Source: Candidatus Poribacteria bacterium
GTDB lineage: Bacteria > Poribacteria > WGA-4E > PCPOR2b
NCBI GenBank assembly: GCA_965207095.1
Contig: CBDBMC010000001.1
Location: 4,230 to 68,229, forward strand
Length of the DNA stretch: 64,000 bases
Reading direction: 5' to 3'
Below, one piece after another: positions 46,701-55,708 of the stretch. Under the pieces are notes generated by a model. That model was not told the origin of the DNA and searched no databases. It was given only the letters and a program-made list of their open reading frames with translations. Both the position numbers and the translations under genes were made by a program. The number at the start of each line of letters is the position of its first letter. The stretch's first letter is position 1.

Positions 46701-48031
46701 CCCTTTACGGTACGGTGTCCCTCTATTCTCCACGGCAACAGGTGAAAACCCTATACGTCGGCAGCCATAACGAGTTTAGGGTCTGGCTCAACGGCGAGTT
46801 GATTCACGACTCGCTCCGTTACCACGCCAGCTTTGGTTACACAGATTCGCTCCCGGTCACACTCAAGCAGGGCAGAAATGTCCTGTTAGTCTCGGTTAGA
46901 GCCCAATATAACGCTTTCTTTGGATTTGAGCCGGGGACCGTATACGAAGTGGCAAACCCCGGCGTCAGTTACACCTTTTCTAAGTCTCCAATTCACCGTG
47001 AAGACACCTTTACTCTCGACATTGGTGCAAAGGAGGTCATAGACATGGTAGCCTGGCAGTTTGATATCGCCTTCGACCCTGCTGACCTTGAAGCTATCAG
47101 TGTGACTGAAGGCAATTTCTTAAAGATGGGTAGCAGCACCCTCTTTCAGAGCGGTACTATCAACAACAGAGCAGGTCGGATTGAGGGACTCAGCGCCTTG
47201 CGGTTTGCTACTACCCACGGGGTCCGCGGGACCGGCACCATTGTTCAGGTGACGTTTAAGGCGAAAGCCTCTGGGGAAACACGGGTGACACTGGAAAAGT
47301 TCCTATTCGGCGCTCTCAGCGCGGACGAGATTCCCGCAGGACCCCACCAAATCCGTTTCACTGTGGAGGGACGGCTTGCGACCGGGGATGTGAATCGAGA
47401 TGGAAGGGTCAGTGTTCTGGACTTGATTCTCATTGCACAGCAGTTGGGGCAGAGGGTATCCGCTGGCTCACCGGTGGATCTCAACGGTGATGGTATTGTC
47501 AGCATCCTCGACCTCATCCTCACAGCACGGGCACTTGGCAATACTACAACTCCCGCTGCACCGGCTGGTGAAATGGAAGGGATGGATCCTGCGATGATAG
47601 AAGTGTGGATAGCGCAGGCACGGTTGGAAGATGATGGCTCACTTGCCTTCAAAGAGGGCATCGAGATGCTTGAAAGACTATTAGCTTCCCTAATACCTAA
47701 AGAGACCGCGTTGTTAGCAAACTATCCCAATCCGTTTAACCCGGAAACGTGGATACCGTATCAGTTGGCAGAGGCAGCGGAGGTCACGCTAACCATCTAT
47801 GATATGAACGGCGGGATAGTTCGACAGCTGGCATTGGGACATCAAGGAGCGGGTATATATCGGACGAGAAGCCGTGCCGTCTATTGGGACGGACGCAACC
47901 GACTCGGTGAGGTTGTTGTCAGTGGGCTCTATTTCTACACACTCACAGTTCGTTCTCCCAATTCCATCGGGACAAGCGAGACCGGGACCGATGAATTTAC
48001 AGCGACACGGAAGATGCTAATATTAAAATGA
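43778..48031 (+). CDS. Long paralog B: PSCyt-like 2x CXXCH head + PT linker + LRR + beta-sandwich + cohesin + dockerin + CTD (CTD carries a 13-aa insertion)
   Basis: 1417 aa. CXXCH motifs are at 43934-43948 and 45029-45043. The head is identical in protein sequence to paralog A, the LRR block is divergent, and the middle and C-terminal modules are again nearly identical. Confidence 0.85.
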   Translation: MRKCDFVPNLIRTCQKQHLASLITLLIFTVSSQDISAQQQIAVDAYAIFEQSCLICHGPQGAYKETLLIEHNALIENGTVVPGNPNASELYKRLITTEIAKRMPLQQPPLSTQAINTIRNWILAGAPDWAATTTPTGDFISHNEILNDIETHLMSLSPFDRAFARYFTMTHLYNAGVAAQILQEYRKALYKLVNSLSWGVDVINPESIDSQGTIFYIDLRQYEWDVNDGWGQIEAVYPYHISFDAPAQATLQQQLGRLQTETNSSVPSVHVDWFIATASLPPLYHNLLSLPLTDRALEARLEVDVNRNISNAPGVRVWRAGTDESGVSQSNRVLERHNSRYGAYWKSYDFAGSAGTQNIFTHPLNFTQDGGEVIFNLPNGLQGYYIVDATGSRLDAAPISIVSDPAASDPTVRTGLSCFGCHIEGMNTFEDQVRAVIESNTNPTYDKAQALRLYVEKADMDVRVQEDIETYRAALEETGGAFDDIEPISRFHEAFEGPVDVAHAAAVVGLETEDLLEKIRENTGLQNAGLLVLESNGSMKRDTWTSSFQDVLFALNFPTRVVTPPIVTPPIVTPPVRPPGRVVQIPDVNLRAGIAGALGKSANASITVGEMEGLEELYVRNRGIRDLTGLQFAINLRRLNLDNNEFSDLSPLAGLINLEELWLNESFVSDLSPLRGLINLFRLWPRRSLISDLSPIAGLINLRSISLRGNPLSDISPLRGLINLTELWVDDDTQVSDLSPIAGLPNLERLAFDGDKVSNLSPLARLVNLKRIRIDDLEGSSINLSALAALTDLEEISIHDGDRLDLSPLAGLTGLRELHITNSGISDIRPLARLTGLVRMNLSENEISDISPLLGLTNLKWVILIRNQITNLSLVNRLRANIPTFVWHDNPGFPKVGPTIEGPWLWIVLRNTDRHRSADLLSEASGGAVTETEIATYGVTEGQPLGDDVWTFRTLPPTGWNNVDKMLGDRIDGATLYGTVSLYSPRQQVKTLYVGSHNEFRVWLNGELIHDSLRYHASFGYTDSLPVTLKQGRNVLLVSVRAQYNAFFGFEPGTVYEVANPGVSYTFSKSPIHREDTFTLDIGAKEVIDMVAWQFDIAFDPADLEAISVTEGNFLKMGSSTLFQSGTINNRAGRIEGLSALRFATTHGVRGTGTIVQVTFKAKASGETRVTLEKFLFGALSADEIPAGPHQIRFTVEGRLATGDVNRDGRVSVLDLILIAQQLGQRVSAGSPVDLNGDGIVSILDLILTARALGNTTTPAAPAGEMEGMDPAMIEVWIAQARLEDDGSLAFKEGIEMLERLLASLIPKETALLANYPNPFNPETWIPYQLAEAAEVTLTIYDMNGGIVRQLALGHQGAGIYRTRSRAVYWDGRNRLGEVVVSGLYFYTLTVRSPNSIGTSETGTDEFTATRKMLILK
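43887..45549 (+). repeat. Partner of the 34672-36334 near-identical segment
   Basis: See 34672-36334. A second near-identical block is about 37441-37860 versus about 46662-47085 (offset 9221, about 3 differences). Confidence 0.9.
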
Positions 48032-48094
48032 AGTAGTAGGCATACTTCCTATGCCGTAACCTTCACAAACTCACATACTTAGGAGACACTCTTT

Positions 48095-50899
48095 ATGATT
48101 AAACGTCATTTAGTCCCGGGTTTGATTAGGGTTCGTAAGCAACCGCATTTCATCAAAATCATCTGTCTATTGGCAGTCATTCTCGGCATTCAAACAGTAG
48201 CCGTCCAACTACAGATTATCGAAGATGCCTATGCTAGCTCTCAACAGGTTGTTCGTATCCCGGACCCAAACCTACGTGCGTTGATTGCAGAGACGCTTGG
48301 CAAAAGCCCCAATGCCCCAATTACTGTCGAAGATATGGAAAGGCTGAGAGAAATTGATGCGAGAGAAGACAAGGGGATCAAAGATTTGACAGGACTTCAA
48401 TATGCGACCAATCTGGTCGAGTTATATCTTGGTTGGTACTCTGGGGAGGGCAATCAGGTCAAGGATCTCTCGCCGGTAGCAGGCTTAACCAACCTCCGTG
48501 TGCTTTTTCTTCACCATAACCCTATATCCGATCTATCTCCCGTGAGAGGCTTAACAAATCTGACCGATCTGATGCTTCACGATACTTTGGTATCGGATAT
48601 ATCCCCCGTCAGGGGCTTAACCAACCTTACTAAATTACACTTTCACGGGACTGAGGTAACTGACCTATCACCAATCCGCGGACTCATTAACCTGAAAAAC
48701 TTAGCCTTTTCTGATCCAGATCTATCTGATATATCGCCGCTTGCAGGCTTAATTAATCTAGACACGATTTTCTCGTGGAACCACTCTATATCCGATTTAT
48801 CCGCTTTGTCCGGCTTGACAAAATTGAGGAGTATAGATTTGTGCGGTGGAAACATATCGGATTTAACGCCTTTGGGGAGCTTGACCGGTTTGAAAGAGCT
48901 GTATTTAGTCGGTAACGATATATCGGATATATCACCGCTTGCTAGATTAACCGGGTTAACCCGTGTGTCGCTTAGGGTTAATAACATATCGAATCTATCG
49001 CCCATTAGGAGCCTGACCCAATTGGATTGGTTAGAACTTGGCGATAACGATATATCGGATATATTACCCCTCGCGGGATTAACCGGATTGACCCATTTGG
49101 ATCTTCAGCTCAACGCCATCTCAAATCTATTCTCGCTTGCAGGATTAACCAACTTAACATGGCTTAACCTTCAAAACAACAACATCTCGGACGTGGTCCC
49201 GCTTGCGGGTTTGACCAACTTAACTTGGCTAAATGTTGTAGAAAACGAGATCTCCGATCTTTCGCCTTTGGACGGGTTCCGCGAGAATCTAAAACTCATC
49301 TATCACGGCAATCCAGCGTTCCCGAAAGGGGGACCGCAAATAGAAGGGCCATGGTTATGGACAATCGTCCCGACAGGCGGGAGGGCTGGTAGTGATGCTG
49401 CTGCTTCTGGCATAGATTTTCTAGCACAAACAAGTGGCGGTGAAGTAACGGAGTTGGCGGTTGCAGCAGTCGGTGCAAATGAAGGATCCCCTGTCGGAGA
49501 CAGCCTGTGGGTAGCCGAGAGAATTTCGACAGCGGACGATAACATCAACACAATGGCGAACGCGACCGGACTAGGAACAGGCAATATAAACCACCATGTT
49601 GCTTACGGTTCAATTACCTTGAATACACCGCGAGAGCAAGACACAATGATGTTTGTAGGGAGTAATGATGCTGTCAAGATTTGGCTCAATGGACAGTTAG
49701 TTCACAACAATCCTATCGATCGGAAGGTTAGCGGCTATGCGGATATTTTTCCTGTTACGTTAAAGATGGGAATAAATATCTTATTAGTTGCTGTTTACGA
49801 GGGAGGCGGTACTTGGAGCGGCTTTTTTGGGTTTGAACCCGACACCGAATATACAACGGCAAACCCCGGTGTCAGTTACACCTTCTCCAAGACGCCAATT
49901 CACCGTGACGACACCTTTACCCTCGACATCGGGGCAAGAGATTTCCTTGACTTGGCAGGTTGGCAGTTTGATATCATCTTCGACCCTGCAATCCTTGAAG
50001 TTATCAACGTGATTGAAGGCAATTTCCTTAAAATGGGCGGTGCAAACACCTTCTTTCAGACTGGAACAATCAATAACGCAACCGGCAGAATCACAGGATT
50101 CACCGCTGCACGCACTTCCCCCGGTGGGATCAGTGGGACGGGCATACTCCTTCAGGTGACGTTCACGGCGAAAGCCGCAGGAGAAACAGACTTGACACTG
50201 CGGAACGTCGAGTTCGGCCATCCCACCGGGGCACTCATCCCAGCAGGTCCCCATCAAATACACATCACCGTGGGAGGACGAATTGCCACCGGGGACGTGA
50301 ATCGAGATGGTATTGTCACCATTTTGGATCTGATTCTCATCGCACGGCAGTTGGGGCAAAGGGTCTCCGCCAACGCACCGGCTGATCTCAACGGTGATGG
50401 TTCGGTCAGTATCCTTGACCTGATTCTTGCAGCACGAAATCTTGGCAGCACCACAGCGCCTGCTGCGCCTCCGATTGGGGTAGAAAACATAGATGCTGCT
50501 ACAATAGCCGCATGGATTGCAGAAGCACGGTTGGAAGATGATGGTTCACCTGTTTTCAAAGACGGTATCGAAATGCTTGAAAAAACGTTAGCCTCGCTGA
50601 TTCCTCAAGAGACTGCATTGCTTCATAACTATCCGAATCCGTTTAACCCGGAGACTTGGATACCGTATCAGTTGGCAGAGTCGGCAGACGTGACACTAGC
50701 AATTTATGATATGAACGGTCAATTGGTTCGACGTTTGGCATTGGGACATCAAGCAGCAGGTATGTATCGGACTCGAAGCCGCGCGGTGTATTGGGACGGA
50801 CGCAACCAACTTGGTGAGCCCCTCGCCAGTGGAGTCTACTTCTATACACTGACAGCGGATAATTTCACGGATACACGACGGCTGCTGATTCTAAAATAA
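48095..50899 (+). CDS. LRR3: internalin-type LRR (about 15 repeats) + beta-sandwich + cohesin + dockerin + CTD secreted protein
   Basis: 934 aa with the same module order as LRR1 and LRR2. The dockerin is GDVNRDGIVTILDLILIARQLG..DLNGDGSVSILDLILAARNLG. The tail is NYPNPFNPETWIPYQL..YFYTL..RRLLILK. Confidence 0.85.
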   Translation: MIKRHLVPGLIRVRKQPHFIKIICLLAVILGIQTVAVQLQIIEDAYASSQQVVRIPDPNLRALIAETLGKSPNAPITVEDMERLREIDAREDKGIKDLTGLQYATNLVELYLGWYSGEGNQVKDLSPVAGLTNLRVLFLHHNPISDLSPVRGLTNLTDLMLHDTLVSDISPVRGLTNLTKLHFHGTEVTDLSPIRGLINLKNLAFSDPDLSDISPLAGLINLDTIFSWNHSISDLSALSGLTKLRSIDLCGGNISDLTPLGSLTGLKELYLVGNDISDISPLARLTGLTRVSLRVNNISNLSPIRSLTQLDWLELGDNDISDILPLAGLTGLTHLDLQLNAISNLFSLAGLTNLTWLNLQNNNISDVVPLAGLTNLTWLNVVENEISDLSPLDGFRENLKLIYHGNPAFPKGGPQIEGPWLWTIVPTGGRAGSDAAASGIDFLAQTSGGEVTELAVAAVGANEGSPVGDSLWVAERISTADDNINTMANATGLGTGNINHHVAYGSITLNTPREQDTMMFVGSNDAVKIWLNGQLVHNNPIDRKVSGYADIFPVTLKMGINILLVAVYEGGGTWSGFFGFEPDTEYTTANPGVSYTFSKTPIHRDDTFTLDIGARDFLDLAGWQFDIIFDPAILEVINVIEGNFLKMGGANTFFQTGTINNATGRITGFTAARTSPGGISGTGILLQVTFTAKAAGETDLTLRNVEFGHPTGALIPAGPHQIHITVGGRIATGDVNRDGIVTILDLILIARQLGQRVSANAPADLNGDGSVSILDLILAARNLGSTTAPAAPPIGVENIDAATIAAWIAEARLEDDGSPVFKDGIEMLEKTLASLIPQETALLHNYPNPFNPETWIPYQLAESADVTLAIYDMNGQLVRRLALGHQAAGMYRTRSRAVYWDGRNQLGEPLASGVYFYTLTADNFTDTRRLLILK

Positions 50900-51075
50900 G
50901 GTAGCAGGCATGACCGGTATGGCGTCATCGCCGTTATATTAACCTAGGGGCAGGGTGTCCCCGTCCATCAAGGTCGTTACCTCTCGTTCCAGCGGAGAGA
51001 TATGTATAAAACCGAATCATTCGTGAGATTTTATGGAGATTTGCGGATGCGTTACTTGGGGAGAAAATAGATACA

Positions 51076-52143
51076 ATGGAACCAATCAAACTGGGTTATG
51101 TGGGCTGCGGCTTCATGGCGCAGAAGGTGCATATCCCGAACTTCACCAGCCTCCCGAACTGCGAGCTTATCGGGTTGGCGGAGGTCCGACCGGAACTCGG
51201 CGGTAAAGTGCAGCAGCGATGGGGGATCCCACGCCTCTATGCCGACCACGCCGAGCTGGCAGCCGACCCTGAAATTGAAGCCGTCGCTGTCTCCGCGGAT
51301 TTTGCCTTGCAGGGAGAGATCGCGAAAGATCTCCTCAGTACAGGGAAACAGGTCTTTATGGAAAAACCGATGGCGGTTTCAGTCCAACAGGCGGAGTCGA
51401 TTGTCGCCGCGGGGAAAACCGCAGGCACGAAACTGATGGTCGGCTACATGAAACGGTACGACGCCGGCAACGAACTGGTCAGGGCTAAGGTGGACGAATT
51501 TCGAGAAACCGGCGAATTGGGAGGGCTGACCTACGTGCGGAATCACGGTTTCTGCGGGGAGTGGATCTGCAACCTCGACACGCCGATGGTGACAAGCGAC
51601 GTCCCGAAACCGGACGCGCCCGCACAAACGCCCGAATGGCTGCCCTCAGAATGGGTGCGCCCTTATTTGAGTTACCTGCAGCAGTACACTCACAACATCA
51701 ACCTACTGCGTTGGTTCTTGGACGCTGGAGATCAGGTGCAGGTCAAACATGTCGACCTCGACGATAACGGTTACAGCGGGATCGTCATCTTCGACATGGC
51801 GGGTGTGCGCGTCACCCTCGAAACGGGCAGAGTTTCGCACTATCGGTGGGATGAGCATACGCAAATCTACTTTGAGGACGGCTGGGTGCATACATGGGCA
51901 CCGCCGCTTCTGTTGAAGAACACCCCCGCCGAAGTAGAGATTTATCGGGCTGGAGAGACGCAGGAGATCTCACGCCCAATCCCGAAACCGAACTGGACGT
52001 GGGCATATCGCCGGGAGGCGGAATATTTCATCGAAAATATTCGGAACGACACACCGTTCAGGTCGTCTGGCGAGGACACCTTGACCGATGTACGACTGTT
52101 TGAAGATATTTTTCAGATGTTCATAGACCAACGTCGGAAGTGA
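51076..52143 (+). CDS. Gfo/Idh/MocA family oxidoreductase
   Basis: N-terminal IKLGYVGCGFMAQKVHIPNF Rossmann motif and an EKPMA catalytic-region motif (VFMEKPMAVS). Confidence 0.85.
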   Translation: MEPIKLGYVGCGFMAQKVHIPNFTSLPNCELIGLAEVRPELGGKVQQRWGIPRLYADHAELAADPEIEAVAVSADFALQGEIAKDLLSTGKQVFMEKPMAVSVQQAESIVAAGKTAGTKLMVGYMKRYDAGNELVRAKVDEFRETGELGGLTYVRNHGFCGEWICNLDTPMVTSDVPKPDAPAQTPEWLPSEWVRPYLSYLQQYTHNINLLRWFLDAGDQVQVKHVDLDDNGYSGIVIFDMAGVRVTLETGRVSHYRWDEHTQIYFEDGWVHTWAPPLLLKNTPAEVEIYRAGETQEISRPIPKPNWTWAYRREAEYFIENIRNDTPFRSSGEDTLTDVRLFEDIFQMFIDQRRK

Positions 52144-52171
52144 CTGAGAATTGAGGAGAAAGGAGCGCGTT

Positions 52172-52480
52172 ATGGCGTCTTATGAGACGGTTGCAAAAAC
52201 ATCGGATATTCGGCAGGGAAGGGGCAAGGCGTTCACCGTGAACGGAAAACGGATTGCGGTCTTCAATGTTGACAACGAGAATTTCTACGCCTTAGACAAT
52301 GCGTGTGCCCACGCTTTGGGTCCTCTTGGCAGAGGACGGGTCAGGAACGGGGCGGTCATCTGTCCGGTTCATAGCTACGCATACGATGTCACAAACGGGC
52401 GCTGCTATACGGACGAGCGACTTCGCGTTAGATCTTACGAAGTGATTGTTGAGGACGATGAGATTAAGGTCAAGTGTTGA
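52172..52480 (+). CDS. Small Rieske [2Fe-2S] protein (NirD-like)
   Basis: CAH..(16 aa)..CPVH Rieske ligands. About 102 aa from ATG 52172 (AAGGAG RBS). The ORF track start is TTG 52151. Confidence 0.75.
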   Translation: MASYETVAKTSDIRQGRGKAFTVNGKRIAVFNVDNENFYALDNACAHALGPLGRGRVRNGAVICPVHSYAYDVTNGRCYTDERLRVRSYEVIVEDDEIKVKC

Positions 52481-53375
52481 GTTCGTCCTCCTCGGAACGA
52501 TCCGGGGGCGCGGTGTCTGACCGGTCTTCCAGTTGGCGGTTGAGCCGGGTAATGTAACGCAGCGTGGTGGAGAAGATCATGTCCAGCGTGGCGATGTCTC
52601 GCTCTTCCAACCGTGTCCGCGAAAACACACGCCGCAACGACTTCAAAAAGGTTTCCCAATCGTGATTGTAGGGTGTGACGCCGATCCGTTGGAGCAGCGT
52701 TGTGATGCGGCCATAAAATGCCTCGATCTCGTTGACGTCGGCATATTCCAACTCCGGCGGTGGGATGTCGTCTGCGCTCGCGAGAAATACTTCGTAGGCA
52801 AAGACCTGCACCGCCTGGGCTAGATTTAGAGAGGGGTTTTTCGCTGCCATAGGAACACTCGCTATCAACTGGCAGCGGCTAATTTGGGAGGTAGACAATC
52901 CAAAATCCTCGCGCCCAAACAGCAGCGCGACCTCCTGACCCTGCGAGATAGAGGCAATCTCCTGCGCAGCCTCCCTTGCTGAAACAGAAGGCGGCAGCCT
53001 TGGGTCCCTTCGGCGATGAGTAGTGCCGACGAGAAACTGAATTCCCTCAAGGGCATCGTCCAGCGTTTCGACGACACAGCAGTTCTCAATGACGTCCGTT
53101 GCACCGTGCGCCATATACCACGTCGGTTTCGCCTCAAGAAATGGGACGGGATTGACAAGGTATAGTTGGGAGAGCCCCATCCCCTTCAACGCACGCGCGG
53201 CAGACCCGATGTTACCCGGCTCACGTGGTTCGAGCAGGATAACGCGAATGTTATCCAGATTCGTCGGCACATCAACCCGTATCGCTCGCTGCCGTCCAAT
53301 AGGTTCAGGGCTGGGATTTGTTTCGTCTATATTGTCCTGCTGTTTTGTCATCGTTGACCTGTTCTTTGAGTTCAA
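52470..53375 (-). CDS. trmJ: SpoU/TrmH-class RNA 2'-O-methyltransferase, TrmJ-like
   Basis: IRVILLEPREPGNIGSAARALKGMGL and a SLNLAQAV knot motif. The start is uncertain (TTG 53375 or ATG 53351). It overlaps the convergent Rieske gene by 11 nt. Confidence 0.75.
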   Translation of the reverse strand: MNSKNRSTMTKQQDNIDETNPSPEPIGRQRAIRVDVPTNLDNIRVILLEPREPGNIGSAARALKGMGLSQLYLVNPVPFLEAKPTWYMAHGATDVIENCCVVETLDDALEGIQFLVGTTHRRRDPRLPPSVSAREAAQEIASISQGQEVALLFGREDFGLSTSQISRCQLIASVPMAAKNPSLNLAQAVQVFAYEVFLASADDIPPPELEYADVNEIEAFYGRITTLLQRIGVTPYNHDWETFLKSLRRVFSRTRLEERDIATLDMIFSTTLRYITRLNRQLEDRSDTAPPDRSEEDELNT

Positions 53376-53422
53376 GAGTTTATTGGTTCATTAGCTCATT
53401 GCGGCTTTCTTGCCTTCACGTT

Positions 53423-54652
53423 TCATTCGTCGGTACGGATGCCGTAGTAGTTTGCGTAGAACTGTTCGCTTTCACGACGCAGCCAATCTTTGTCAGCGGC
53501 TTGAGCACCGAACCGTTGGTGCGAAAACATATTCAGATCTTCGCCCGGATCTCCGTCAATTATCCAGTTCGCCAACCATCGACCCACCGCGGCGGAACCG
53601 GCGATTCCCAGCGCAGCGCAACCGGTGGCTAAGTAGAGTCGATCGACCCCCGGTACGGGACCAATCAGATACGCGCCGTCGGGCGCAAATGTGGTCACGC
53701 CGCGTCGATACTCGGCGATTTCAAGGTCTTTCAGAATTGGAAAAGTTGGGACAAGCCGTCTCTGTGCCTCTGCCATGACAGCCACAGGCGGTTCAATATC
53801 CCCTGTCCTGAAGTTGGGGGGCATCGCTTCCAGATCAATACTGACCGGTGTCGGTTCAAAGAAGCCGTAGAGGTAGCCCCCCTTGTCAGGTCTCAGATAG
53901 CAGCTGACATCGGTAACACGCACCGCTGGATGATGTTCGGAGATGCCGGGGGTTGGAACTGTGCGAGCGCGTTGATGCCGAATCGGTTGTGCTGCCGTGG
54001 TCGCGCCAACCTTCTTGGCGAGCGCAGCGCCCCACGGTCCCGCGGTGATTACCACGTTATTTGATGGGATGAAACCGTCTTCCGTCTCAACTCCGAGGAT
54101 TTCCTTATCCCCCTGACGGAAGCCTGTCACGGGTGTGTTCAATTGGATTTGAACGCCCAGATCCCTTGCGGCGGCGGCATAAGCGAAGGCGCACTGCTGG
54201 GGATCGACATATCCGTCGTTGGGTACGAAATATCCGCCCTCAACTTTGGTGACATCTAACGCGGGCGCAAGACGCTCCATCTCCGCATGGGAGACAAAGT
54301 CTGCCTCGATTCCATTTCGGTGCGACCGTTCAATTTGACGTGCGTAGGCTTCCATCCGTTCTGGCGTGAGCGCGACCATCAGGCTGCCGGTTTGGCGCAG
54401 ACCGGTATCATGTCCGGTCTCCTTTGGAAACTGAGAGAACAGTTCAAGCGCGTATCGAATCGCATTTAACATGGTAGCCGAGGACCGAATTTGACCGACG
54501 AGCCCCGCAGCTTGGGGTGTCGTCTCTACAGCGATTCCGTCGTTGCGCTCAAGAACACGCACATTTTTCTGTCCTGCTTTGGCTAAATGATAAGCGGTGC
54601 TCAGCCCCCAAATACCGCCGCCGACGATTAAAACTTCTGTTTGTTGTGCCAT
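53423..54652 (-). CDS. FAD-dependent oxidoreductase (DAO family; sarcosine/D-amino-acid-oxidase-like)
   Basis: N-terminal VLIVGGGIWGLSTAYHLAKAG dinucleotide-binding motif; 409 aa. Confidence 0.8.
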   Translation of the reverse strand: MAQQTEVLIVGGGIWGLSTAYHLAKAGQKNVRVLERNDGIAVETTPQAAGLVGQIRSSATMLNAIRYALELFSQFPKETGHDTGLRQTGSLMVALTPERMEAYARQIERSHRNGIEADFVSHAEMERLAPALDVTKVEGGYFVPNDGYVDPQQCAFAYAAAARDLGVQIQLNTPVTGFRQGDKEILGVETEDGFIPSNNVVITAGPWGAALAKKVGATTAAQPIRHQRARTVPTPGISEHHPAVRVTDVSCYLRPDKGGYLYGFFEPTPVSIDLEAMPPNFRTGDIEPPVAVMAEAQRRLVPTFPILKDLEIAEYRRGVTTFAPDGAYLIGPVPGVDRLYLATGCAALGIAGSAAVGRWLANWIIDGDPGEDLNMFSHQRFGAQAADKDWLRRESEQFYANYYGIRTDE

Positions 54653-54684
54653 TTTATTTCCTCAAAATATGTCAGGAGATCCCT

Positions 54685-55449
54685 ATGGAACTTTTCGACG
54701 CCATAGCTCAACGCCGAACCCATCGCGGAGATTTTCGCACCCACGCGATTTCTCAAGAACACCTTGACCAACTCATCCAAGCAGCGCAGTGGGCGCCCTC
54801 TCCATTCAACACACAGCCTTGGGAGTTTCTTATTATCCGTGAAGATGCCGGGAAAAATACCCTTGCGGGATTGACCGCGAAGAGTGTTGCTGATCAATTT
54901 AAAGACAGCACTTTTCTGGATGACAATAGTCGTTGGATGCGCTTGACAGAAGCGGAATGGGAAGAACGCAGCGATGGTGTATTGCTGACCGATCACGTTG
55001 ATCTCCCGCCGCTATTTCGCAAAGATCCAAGTAGACTCAAGCCGCTACTAAAACATGCGAAACATCTTAGCATCCTGGGACATCTGGGCGCAGGTAAGCT
55101 GCCTGCCAAAGAAATTTCAGAACTTGTTCGTACCTCGCCGCTGCTTATCCTAATCCTGATGGATACCACCCGACGCCCGCCCGGCGAAGGCGGGGAGCGA
55201 TGGATGTGGCTGGGTATGGGAGCAGCCGTCCAGAATCTGCTCCTGACCGCAGCGGAACTGAGCATCGGCACACAGTTTGTCAGTGCGCCGTTGGAAAGTC
55301 AGGAAGATCGAAAAAAAATTCAGAAAGTCTTCAATATCCCCGATTCCCACGAGATAATCACGCTATTGCGGCTCGGCTATGTGGACTCGACACGCGGTAA
55401 ATCTGTCCGTCTGCCCTCCTCAACGGTTGTGCGACATGAAAGCTACTAG
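54685..55449 (+). CDS. Nitroreductase-family protein
   Basis: MELFDAIAQRRTHRGDF..AAQWAPSPFNTQPWEFLII is the nitroreductase N-terminal signature. ATG 54685 has an AGGAG RBS. The longer ORF from 54517 overlaps the divergent FAD gene. Confidence 0.8.
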   Translation: MELFDAIAQRRTHRGDFRTHAISQEHLDQLIQAAQWAPSPFNTQPWEFLIIREDAGKNTLAGLTAKSVADQFKDSTFLDDNSRWMRLTEAEWEERSDGVLLTDHVDLPPLFRKDPSRLKPLLKHAKHLSILGHLGAGKLPAKEISELVRTSPLLILILMDTTRRPPGEGGERWMWLGMGAAVQNLLLTAAELSIGTQFVSAPLESQEDRKKIQKVFNIPDSHEIITLLRLGYVDSTRGKSVRLPSSTVVRHESY

Positions 55450-55523
55450 CCCAACTATTTTGGGCAGGCGCGATACCCCGATTTCATCGAGGGCAGGCTT
55501 TGCCCCTACATTTAACAATGTCA

Positions 55524-55708
55524 GGACTTACGCAAATGCAGCACGCAGCGCGAGATTTTTTTATTTTTAACCCCCTAAATCCCCGCCCCCTCTGATAAGA
55601 GGGGAAAGACAAAGGAGAAGATCCCCTAACCCCCTTAGTCCCCCTTATCAGGGGGAAACTCTTGTCAAGGGAGTTGCAGGGGGACTTATGAACCAGCTGC
55701 GTAAGTCC
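55524..55708. mobile_element. MITE family D, long copy
   Basis: GGACTTACGCA at 55524-55534 and TGCGTAAGTCC at 55698-55708. The interior has CCCCTAAATCCCC.., CCCTTATCAGGGGGAAACTCTTGTCAAGGGAGTTGCAGGGGGACTTATGAAC. The latter block recurs at about 60375-60425 and about 61925-61965. Confidence 0.6.
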
